64,000 nt of DNA, taken from contig RHPI01003261.1 in the NCBI GenBank assembly GCA_009103225.1, forward strand, positions 228,902 to 292,901, written 5' to 3'. Shown here piece after piece: positions 53,917 through 64,000 of the stretch. Within the stretch, counting starts at the first letter, position 1. Each line of letters begins with the position of its first letter. The DNA is from Chlorokybus atmophyticus (Eukaryota > Plantae > Mesostigma and Chlorokybus algae). A program made the position numbers and the translations under genes. Below the pieces are notes generated by a model that saw only the letters and a list, made by a program, of their open reading frames with translations, was not told where the DNA came from and ran no database searches.

Positions 53917-55329
53917 CTCTCATCAATAGCCTTGGCACCAACCGCCGCAGCCGCCGCAACCGCCGCCGCAGCTACAGCAGCTGCAGCCGCTTTTTCTAGT
54001 GTCATGCTTACTTGCATGCCTGCACAAAGAAGCTGAAGCAGCCATCGTTGCTTCTAGTCGCACATGCACAGTCTATATTTCGCTGTTGTTCAGGCTAGGC
54101 GATTGCCGCCACCAACCGTGCAGGGCTATCTGCTGGACCACATGGAGTTCATTCCCGGCAGATGTCTATGCTTGCTTGATGACTCTTGCTGTGCATTTGC
54201 TTACTCTACCGGAGCAGTCTATCAGTCTATCATGCAAATTGTGTCGTTTTCCATTTCACAATGGGCAGATTTCACAGTGTGCTTATGTCGTTTCGACTGA
54301 TGTGGGCTGGGACAGCGCATGGGTGTATCTGCACATTTGATTGCACAGCGTGCGGGAAAGAGGTTGCAAAAGAGTGCCGTCTTTTGTTTTCCAACGTGCA
54401 CCTGGCAAGTACAGCCTAGCCGTTAGATAACACGCATGTTATTAATATGCAATACATTGTCGCTTTTCCGTCATACTCGTAAACACGGTTGTCCCAATTC
54501 GTATGTCACCTATGCAGGTGGCGCAGCTGCCATGCCGAGCCTCAGTGCAAGCAATCAGCGCGATGGGGTTATAAGCATTGTGGCCGTCTCAGTTAGTAGA
54601 TCAGATTGGAGTGCTGGTGGCAGCACCGACAGAATCCTGCAGGTCTGGAACGTTTGGTGCGCGCGCGCGCGTGTGTATATGTGTGTACATGTGTTTATGT
54701 ACTTGTATGTGTCTCTGTATCTCTCTCCCTCTGCTCTCATCACTCTCTCCAAAATCCCTCCCTCCCTCCCTCCCTTCCCCTTCCCACCTTCCATCCCTCC
54801 CCGTGTACACACACACACACATCAGCACGCGCTCACTCAACTCCGCGGGGCTCACCACATTTGTATGACAAGTCCCACACGCAGTCAAACTCAACCAACT
54901 CGCCGGAGTTAAGTAGGTAGGTACCTTCTGCCCCTGCTAGAAGCCACATGTCAGACCCTTCACCTGCTACGCCACCAAGTCGCTTTAAGGTGATCTACAG
55001 CCAAAGTGGAACATTGGCAGTGGAGCCTACGGACAAGTGTGCATGCTCAAGCACTCAGCAAGCACGAAAGCATGCATGCACATGCATGCATGCATCCATG
55101 CGTGCGTGCGCTTGCGCATATACACGCGCAAGTGCACGCACACATGGCAGGCGCATGCAAGAATGCATGTTCTCTTGTGCTCTCTCTGTCTTCATTTCTC
55201 TCACGGGCTCTGGCAATTGCCACACACGCATGTACATATACAAGTATACACACACTTGTTGAGATTGGCTCATAGACCTATACAGCAACAGTCTCATAGT
55301 ATAAGACGTGTGCTGTAGGCGCGCTCATA

Positions 55330-56740
55330 CATCGCACTATCCAGTGCAGCCTATGAGCCAGCGATGCCTGGTCATTGGGTTCTAACAGTGATAGGCGGCT
55401 GTGTGTGGCACGCGTGTATGTGCATGAGGTACACCCACAATGCTTGGAGACGCATGCATGTGTTTCCACACTCATGCGTATATGCATGTGTGCACGTAGG
55501 TGTGTTCGTGCGCTTACACACATGTGCTTGCGCCTGTGCTTAAACGTGTGTGCGCGACTGTGTGCAAATTGACACACACCTACTGTTGCAAGCGTGTCTG
55601 AAACAGTCATGCATAGGTGATTTGGAACGTCGCTATCAGTCGGGGAACCTGATGCTGCTGCTCTTGTCAAGGCGCGGGGCCGGGGGGCGCTGCAATCCGA
55701 AGCACCTGCTGGACCTCAAGGTGCTACCTTGAGGTTGCGCTCATGGTAAGCGGGGGGGGGGGGGGGGGGGGNCACGCGCTCATGCACTTGCGTGTGCATG
55801 TACACTGCTATGCATGACACATGCACGTATGTACGTGCATACATGTTCACGTACACACACTGACTATAAATATCTGGCTCATAGCCCGCACTTTCCAGTG
55901 CGGCCTATGAGCCAGTTGCTAGCGAGGGTTGGTGGAGTGAGCCCGCTGCTGCTCCGCAGAACTGGAGGGCGAGGTGCTAACGCTGAACAGCAGGTGAGCG
56001 GAGGGAAGGGCGAGGGGGAGAACATGTCCGCGCATACGCACGTACACAAGCTCGCGTAGTCTGTGCGTGCTCACGGGCATGCATGTGCAACATGCATGCG
56101 CTTCAACACGCATGCAATAGACATATACACACGCTTTTTACAGTCGGTTCAGAGACCGCACTGTCCAGTGTGGCCTATGAGGCAGTTCTGCGTGTATCCT
56201 ATACACGTGAACAGGTGTCCCTCCCCTCTTCCTCCTTCAAGAGATGCCCACACATCTACAAGCATGCGCATGTAAATGCGCTCACGCGCACGCACATGTG
56301 CAGGTACAAGGAGCTGGCAATCAGCAACCCGCTTCGGAAGAGAGAGAGAAGTTGGTAGTGCAAGGCTCTGCGTACGCTTTTGGCACTACCTGGCCCCAGC
56401 TGCCCATGCTCGCTACCATCTTCCAGGTGCGCTGCGTGCATGTGTGCGAATGCGCATGTGCATGCTTATGTGCGTGCGCATGCGCGTGTGTTTGTTGTGA
56501 GACGCTGCTCTTGTGTAAATGTGCAGGCACGCACTTACCATCAAGTTCATAGGCCGCACTGTCCACACAGGCATGCGCATGCAAGCACGCAAGTACTTTG
56601 TCATGCACGCACGTGCACACATAGTACACACACTTGTTAGGCTATCAGCTATGATAGTGCAGCTTTATTGGCTGCACTATCCGGTGCAGCCTATGAGACC
56701 GCACTGACCAGTGCGGCCTCTGAGCCAGCGATACGTGGTC
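55330..56740. repeat. Dispersed/tandem repeat with core GCACT(A/G/T)TCC(A/G)GTG(C/T)(A/G)GCCTATGAG in CA/TG-rich sequence
   Basis: The core recurs near 55335, 55888, 56158 and 56673, with a variant near 56701. Confidence 0.7.
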
Positions 56741-57962
56741 ATTAATATGTAAAAGTCATAGGCGGATGTATGGAAGCGCCAGCTGTATAGGCAGGCCTGC
56801 TTACATGCATGTGTCCGCAAGTGCATTCACTTCTTTGTATGCACACGCAGACATCAGTAGTCGCTGACAATTGCACTTGTGGGCCCATGCAGATCGCGCA
56901 GGTGTGGAAGCAATGGTATGGGGGTGAGGAGCGGGCACTAGACCGGCCAACAGGTACCAACTGTGCTGTAGTACTGGGCGTATGTGACTGTTCATGTGTT
57001 TTATGTGTGCATGCGCGCGTGTGTGCCATAGTTTGTTATGCTATTGACGTTTGCTTCACAGTTTGGAGACAGCTTGCAGATAGTACGTCGGTGTAGTAAT
57101 GGTTATGCACAATACGAAGCAATGATGGTGAACATCAGTCTTTGTTTGTGGGTCTGTTAGCGTTGAGTTCTGCGTGCATGCCCTTACATGCTTGACAATA
57201 GAGCTGTACAAGTGATTGGCATCGCAGTGGCATACTTGGCAAGAGCAGCATCAAATTATCTTAGCAAGTATTCGTGGCGTTCTGAATGTTATTAGGCCAT
57301 GACGAGCAGACACCCGTTGGGCCATCTGCTTGTCATGGCTTGGTGAGTGTTAGGGCAACCGCGGCAGCGCTACAAGCCATGGCCTGGATATGTTGGCTTA
57401 GTCGCCACCAGACTAGCATGACCAGGCCAGCGGCGCGGCCTGGTGCTCTTGGTATGGAGCACCAGGCCGCCCGCCGGGCCACCAGCAGCGGCGGCCCAAC
57501 AGCGGCTTAGTTGCTGCAGCTAGCTGAACACCGTTAGTTGCCAAAGCATAGTTTAATTACAGTGTGTAACCACTCCCGGTCAATCCTTGCTGGCCCGGCT
57601 GCAGGCGGTCAACAACGGCATGGAAAAATACAAATTAGGAGAGACGCGCACCAGCCATGGTCCGTACCTATGGACCATGGTTTTTGTTCATCGCATCCGG
57701 ATTAAACAAGCGATTGTAGACCAATAATGGTTGTAGCAAAGGACCATACCTGCTCCATTTCATATCGGCTTCTGACCGGGAACAGCCGTGGTCCGGGTCA
57801 GGGGGACCAAGCGTGACAGTTACGTAACTTTTGGACCAGCCCTAGTCCCCGCGTTCGGACCAAGGCGGGCGACCCTGGTCCGGACCCCAAGCCGCCCTGG
57901 AGTTTTTACCCTGGTCCATACGTGCGGACCAGCAGGCTGGTCCGTGGGAAAGATTCCGTGTG

Positions 57963-59665
57963 CTCTGCATACCGAGCTGGGACACTTCGGTGTCAAGCGC
58001 ACCGTCAGCTTCATACGCGCACGGTTATGGTGGCACGGCATGTACACACAAGTGCGTGCCTACGTAAGCACTTGCTTGCACTGTGACCTCGTACGCGCCA
58101 ACCTCAACACGCGCACTACCACCTTGCATAAACTGCCCATCGCTGGGATGTTCTATCGCAGGGGCCTCGACATCCTCGGGATACTTGTCCTCTTCGCCCG
58201 CGGCAACAAGTACATCCTCGTTATGATTGAGCATAAAATGGATCCAACTGGTTCCCCTTCCAGATAAGAGTAGCAGAAGAGTCTTGAATGCTTTCCTTAA
58301 GAACGTTCTCAGTCGCTTCGGCTCGTGCGCCAAATTGGTGACTCATCAGGGCACCGTGTATTATGGGGAGTTTAACGACCTCAATCATGCGTACATCGAC
58401 CACCAGCGCACTTCACGAGAGCGTCCACAGGCCCATGGCCTATCTGAACACACTATTCAGACATTCAAAGTAGTTCTAACAATATTCTTGTAGTTGATCA
58501 GCTTGCCCTATGGATAGAAATAGGCTCGCAAAGGTTCTAGTCAAGAAGGGTCCAGGCGCGGACTTCAGTCGAGAAGGCCTAACCGCGGACATGAATCTGA
58601 AGTCTCGAAGATTTTAGACGTGGCGGTAGAAGTCTTGTAGCTCGTTGGTTATGTCACTACATGGCGCGTGGCATAGCTTGTTGTGTCAAAAGCTGTTGAG
58701 AGTAGCTACGTGGAGCAGCCATCAGCGCAAGAATTGGTCAAACATAGAAGTCGTGGTGGCTTCTAGAGTAGACATGTGTGTGACTGGCGGGTATAGAAGC
58801 CCGCGGTGTGACTTTGTCATAATCCTTGGAGAGCCATTTTAATTAGCCTTATGTGCATGCTTAAGATGTAGCGTGTGTGTGTAGACTCGTGCTTGGACCA
58901 GCTCCTTACATGTGTAGCAGCTTGTCCGAATCTCAATACAAGGCTTTACGGAAGTACACCATCGAGCACGAGAAGCGCATCTATGATGAATACCTCCCCT
59001 GGCTGGCATTAGGCTACCGCTTGTCGAAGCAAGCCGCACTCAACAAGTATAGCCCTTAGCAACTGCTGTTCGGCCGCAAGCCACTGCTCCCCTTTCGCGC
59101 ACAGCAAGAAGTTGCACGCGTGCTGGACAACCTTGAGGACCATGTCCTCATGCACTACAACATGAAAGCCCGCGCCGACCTCTTCTATCACCTGGTCCCC
59201 ATGGCCATGAGCAACCCGCGCATTGCTCAACACCGCGACACCCTGCGCTACGCGACCTCAGCGGCTTCTGCAAGCAGCGCAACCGGTGCTTCAAAGCAGG
59301 TGACTTGATATACCGCATGGCTTGCTCACATGATACTCTGGACATCAGCGTTCAGCGCGTTACCTACAAAGTCTTGAAAGTATATCCCTGCAGAGTCCTT
59401 GATCTCCTCAGCAACGATAGCGAACAACTCCAGGACAACATCACCAATTGCGCGCTCTGTCACCTTCCATAAGTGGCAGGCTTCGACATCATCTGTCATC
59501 CATGCACTCTCCGCAGCAAGCATTACGAATAGTGCGGTAGTGCGGATGACGACGCCCTCATAATGCTGTGCGTCGGATGCACCAACGGCATGCACTGCTA
59601 CTGCCTGGACCCTCCTCTTTAGAAGGTCCCCTTAAAGCCTACTGGTGCGACGACTGCCGCACCCA
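57963..59665 (+). pseudogene. Ty3/gypsy integrase (HHCC + rve) with C-terminal PHD finger, decayed
   Basis: LHTELGHFGVKRT...WWHGM...V..C.HC; GNKYILVMIEH; GLSEHTIQTF..KALRK; LGYRLSKQAAL..YSP.QLLFGR; PHD CGSADDDALIMLCVGCTNGMHCYCLDPPL..VP...WCDDC at ~59524-59665. Confidence 0.85.
58471..58938 (+). mobile_element. Diverged solo LTR related to the copia LTR family, inserted in the gypsy integrase
   Basis: Shares TCAGCTTGCCC, CGTGGC.TAGCTTGTTG and GTAGAC.TGTGT...GACTGGCGGG.TATA.AAGCCC with the reverse complement of the 49667 LTR. Near-TSD CAAAG/CAAGG. Removal restores TFK-ALRK. Confidence 0.6.
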
Positions 59666-60849
59666 TAGACCACCAAACTTTCGACCAAACTTAGTCCTGT
59701 GGTAGGGACTTCGACAGGCCTCAGAGGGGGTGGCTTGTTAATTTACAACCATCCGTAGTTGCGTATCATGGCTCCCGGCATTCTACCTCATTCTTGGCAT
59801 CATAGTCACCTCTTTCCACTGAACACCTCTATCAGGGGGTACTCTTATGCCTTCACCCAAAACTACAGTGGTGCGCACATTATCACTGCACTGCTCCTCA
59901 GCCACAGCAGGGTTTCTTCAATGTTGTTCGAGACAGTTCAGCGCTTGACCCTGCACAACCCGACATCTCGTATTAAACACTTTTTATCGGGATCAAGGCA
60001 TCCATTGACACACTAATTCGCACAACATACCCGAGTTGTACATTCTGTCCAAAGTGGTCTGTACGTGGAAACTCCGTCCTCTGAGGCCAAAAACATTCGA
60101 TTCGAGCTGTTTGTACCACAAGAAAATGCATCATGTGGTAATGCTGACCTACTCGCAACACTTTGTTGAAGTTGATGCCGATTGCTATGAAGAGAGCTCA
60201 TGACATTAAAGGTTTGAATGACAAAGCAACAAGTAATATCTACAGCGCTAGCAAGTAAGAAGTGATGCATGCATATATATACAGGTCACCTTGATATTTG
60301 TAAGTGCATGATCGACTCATGCAAGCATATTTCTTTTGCACAGCAAGGCTTACAGAACGCCCATTTGAAAGGCTATAACTCCTAGTCCAAGTTTTACACA
60401 GAGCTAAAGAACACTCCCAAACATGCAGACGCTGCCGCGCTTAATATGCTCGGTTACAACGAGGCAGCAGCATTCAGCGCAACAATCGCTCTCCAGCCCA
60501 AAGAGGCTCACAGACAAGTAGTCGACCTTGAGGTGGAGCTTGAGGAAAAACGCAAGGCTTAAAAGTACTTCGATAATTTCTACAAGTGGCTGTAGTAGAA
60601 GTTAGTGATTACAAGGAAGAAGTTGACCAGGGTTCAGGTTATATAAGCCTTTGCTCACGACAGCCAGTCATACGATGAGAGAGTCAGACGGGTCATCTAC
60701 GTTGTAGGTTGTGTATGCATCTTCTTAAACCCATATATATGTCACCCCATGAATATGTGTCAATCACAATGTCTTCCTTTCAATGTAAAACGCGTCATTC
60801 CTGCATTAATCAAACTACATTAGCACTTGCAATTAAGATTATATTACCC

Positions 60850-61643
60850 TTTGCCTAAGTCAATAAACATTACAGTACAGGTTTCCATAGCCACAGTTTT
60901 GGTATCACTACATATATAAAGACATGGTTCATGTAGGTCCCTCTGCAACTCCTTCAGCATCATGTAAATCCTATCATACTCCACCTCGTACTCGAATTCA
61001 AGTTCCTCTTTAAACTACTCCTCTTCAGACAGCTCCATTTTGCTTCAAAGTGTGGCTCCTTTTGTTGACCTGTTTTAATCCAATCAATCTGCTTGCCCCT
61101 TCAACCAATCCATTCAGACTGAGAGATGTTGCAGATTAAAATAGTGAAGACACTTCACAAGCTGTTCCCGGTTTAGAAGGTCCCAAGGCAATGGCAATGC
61201 TAATCTATGTGCAAAAATACTCCATGTTTCTCTTATCACATGTCTCTGCCGTGTTGTTCAAATTGCTTCTCCAATCAAACAACCCGTTTTGCGTATGTGC
61301 ACCCCGACAACTTGAAAGTCAACAAGGTCAAGAATGCTGAGCTAAAGTTTGCCTTCATTGTCTCGACATCGTAGGACATCCGAGAGCGGTATTTCATATT
61401 AAGTCTGTTCAAGTCATACGAGATATGAAGGCCTCTTTGTATATGATGTAATATTACATTTGTCATGCTACATTTATGTAGCATGACAAAGCGCATTAAG
61501 ATACTAAAACTTGATACCCGTACTAATAATAATGTTGGTAGGGCTGTCTTTTTGATGCATTGAAACAATGTAAAACCACCTGCGGGGTTTGAAGTGAACA
61601 ATGGCATTGAAGGACACAATTGTTCGTATAGTTTGATGTTCAA
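60850..61643 (-). pseudogene. AT-rich decayed hypothetical ORF (TE cargo-like)
   Basis: 122-aa open frame 61275-61643 continues into stop-riddled coding-like sequence. No family recognised. Confidence 0.3.
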
Positions 61644-61756
61644 AAGATGAACGAATGTCTTTTATTTTAAACAACGTTTACTCAAACGAAGGGAACAATC
61701 GTGTCCTTTCGTGCTATTCTCCGCTTTCAACGCGAAAGTTATCTAAAACCAAATAT

Positions 61757-62010
61757 GGCACGGACGTCCGCACCAGGGGGCAATAGCGGGCGGTGGAAGC
61801 AGCGAGCCAGGGTCAAAACCTGGCGTATAACCGCGAAAACCAGCCATGCTCGCAATTTGCTCGATTGTCACCACTGGTTTGGGCGTGGACGTCCGCATCA
61901 AGGGGGGGCAGTAGCGGGCGGTGGCCGTGAAGCCGCGAATCCGGGTAAAAACCTGGCGTATAACCGTGAAAACCAACCATGGTCCCGATTTTTTTGATTG
62001 TCACCACTGA
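61757..62010. repeat. Tandem duplication 2 x ~128 bp
   Basis: GGACGTCCGCA...AAAACCTGGCGTATAACCG.GAAAACCA.CCATG...GATTGTCACCACTG repeated. Confidence 0.85.
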
Positions 62011-62384
62011 TGTAGCGCTGACCGCACCAGATTTGGTCTAATAACAGCTGAAGCTTAATGTTGTTATTTTATACTTTTAAGCGAGTGTGTTGATATGCAG
62101 CATGAAAATCGAATTAACGTCAATACCATGTGCGCAAGAGTACCTACCTGGTTGGTCTCCGCTCGGACTCGAGCCCACGCATGCGGCGTGAAAGTACCAT
62201 CGTCGCAATATGTTTTCCTTGCCGGCCGACTAAATATTGGCAACGGCCGTGCACCTAAGGACACTAAATTTGACTGTCGTGGCTCAGGCCACCTGTAATC
62301 TTGATACAGGGACCTAATAGTAACTTCCGTTACTATCAGGCCTTTTTTGTTACAATTTAGTCTTTAACAGTTGACTATGCCTAA

Positions 62385-62650
62385 CTAACAGGCGCCTGTT
62401 AGTTACCTATCAGGCCTTAACAGGTGACTTTGTAAAATTAACAGGCACCTGTTAGTTACACACCAGGCCTTAACAAATGACTTTGTATAATTTACAGGCA
62501 ACTGTTAGTTACACATCAGGCCTTACTAGGTGACTACAACTAATCAACGGGCACCTGTAAGTTACACATCAGTCTTACTTAGGTGACTCAGCCTATGTGA
62601 CAGGCACCTGCAGGTTACACACCAGTCCAGCGCAGGCGACTAAGCCTAAT
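62385..62650. repeat. Minisatellite, ~53-bp unit x ~5
   Basis: AACAGGCACCTGTTAGTTACACA.CAGGCCTTAACAGGTGACT unit, progressively decaying. Confidence 0.85.
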
Positions 62651-63021
62651 TCACAAGCACCAACTAGGTAATTATCGACAAAATAAGGCATTCTTTAACA
62701 ACTGAAGGTGACTAACGCCTAACTGTCGTCATATGTATTTGCATAGCTTGACTACACGCGACTGTCACTGACTGCCAGCATTATTATGTGCCTGTACTGT
62801 GTACATGTACATGAAATGTGTACAGTGTCTCTCAGTCACTTGCCAAGGCTGGTAGTTCAATTATGTGAATCGAATGCAGTTCTGTTGTATAATATAGGGA
62901 TGCAAGTATTGATGTGCATGAGCATAATGACGATTGACTGAGCTAGTTTAAGATGCACAACACTCAGTCACAAGAGCCTTGTAGCTATGTACACTACCAG
63001 CTAAACGGACTACCAACTGCG

Positions 63022-63683
63022 CTACAGCTCCTCTCCATCATCGCTGGTCTCGTCATTACGGAACAAAGCACCACGCGCTGGGGCCTGTGGAGGAGACGCC
63101 GGAGCTTGCTCTTCCTCCTCAAACGGTTGTGCCAGCCAATCAAATGCCGCTTCTGCCTCAGCGAGCGGGTCACGAGCTGCTGTCTCTTGCGGCCGGCGCC
63201 GATTGGGACCTTTCAGGTATTCGACACAAGATGCAGTGCGGCGTTTCACAAGGGTGAATGGCTGGAGGGCTGCGTATCGTTGCCTCATCTCCCGTTTCAT
63301 TGACATGATCATGGTGTTGATTACGCTGAATTACTCTTCATGTGTGTCTATGCTGGCAGCTAGGAGAGGGTCTCCATCCTTGCCCTTTAGGATGCGCTCC
63401 ACCTGCGTAGTTTACAGGCATGTCTTAGTGGCATCGAAAGCCACTATTCACTGCAACGCGTCTGCAAGCCTGTAGTTTGGGGCTACAGCATTCCTGAATT
63501 GCTAATGATGGAGTTCAGAGTGCTCACCGTAAGCAACAGGTATGCGAGGTGGTTGACTGTCAGCTGCCGGCGACCAGGTGTAGTGACGGCGTAAGACCAG
63601 CATTGCACGATCATTTGCCAGATTATGGGATTGCCCCATTCATGGATGAATCTCCTCCGCTTCGGGTCTGCAGTGTCGGTCAC
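63022..63683 (-). CDS. 3' exons of an unidentified gene extending beyond the window
   Basis: Coding-like frames 63483-63683 and 63022-63312 with an acidic terminus. No family recognised. Confidence 0.3.
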
Positions 63684-64000
63684 CTCAAATCTCCGCCATG
63701 ACTTGTCTGCGACAGTTATACCGACAAGACATTAGGCACGAAATAGATAGTTCAAGTTGAGCCTGCACCAGGCTAGAATAGTGCCTGTGACTTACTTTGG
63801 AGCGCGCTGCGCATCTGGGCTTTTTGGGTCTCGGGGTCCATTGGGCGTCGATGTGCCTGATTGAATCGGTTATAATAGGCGAGATGAGTACGTGTGTATG
63901 GAGGCTGAGTAAGAAGGCAGTGTTGCATAGCAGACATGGTGGTGAGGGACCCAACTCACTTGCGCTTGTTGCTGTTAAACAGTGTCCACTTGTACTCCTT

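Larger units (their letters stand above)
46622..57962 (+). mobile_element. CACTA/EnSpm (CMC)-like DNA transposon with nested copia sequences
   Basis: Short TIR CACACGGA at 46622 and reverse complement ending 57962; GGACCA(TG) subterminal repeats at 46640-47400 and 57650-57950; internal Transposase_21-like gene. No clean TSD. Confidence 0.72.

Noticed and set aside
54610-54660. WD40 repeat suggested by GGSTDRILQVWNVW
   Set aside because: A single short motif with no further repeats in neighbouring exon-like blocks.

Overview
Intron-rich eukaryotic nuclear DNA from the green lineage (chlorophyte or early-diverging streptophyte alga, inferred from plant-type orthologues and algal-type transposons). 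The left ~23.5 kb is gene-dense. It holds a decayed pogo-type DNA transposon (363-4176), then organellar seryl-tRNA synthetase, a LURP/tubby-like gene, TMEM230, CASC3/Barentsz head-to-head with an R3HCC1-like gene, and a membrane RING-CH E3 ligase. The right ~40 kb is a nested transposon island. Its most notable part is a full-length 11.1-kb AcademX DNA transposon (24136-35235; 21-bp TIRs with one mismatch, 4-bp CAAA TSD). Besides its transposase-XPG-Cys8 gene, the element carries a cargo region of two ubiquitin remnants, a Cys/His-rich segment, and a Tudor domain spliced in frame to a phage/actinobacterial-type C5 cytosine methyltransferase, plus a third convergent ORF. Next come a Helitron-like Rep-helicase region with GIY-YIG and ZnF-coiled-coil-RING cargo, a CACTA/EnSpm-like element containing copia LTRs, and a Ty3/gypsy integrase-PHD remnant. 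Most TE reading frames carry stops or frameshifts. All domain calls come from manual motif recognition; no database searches were run.
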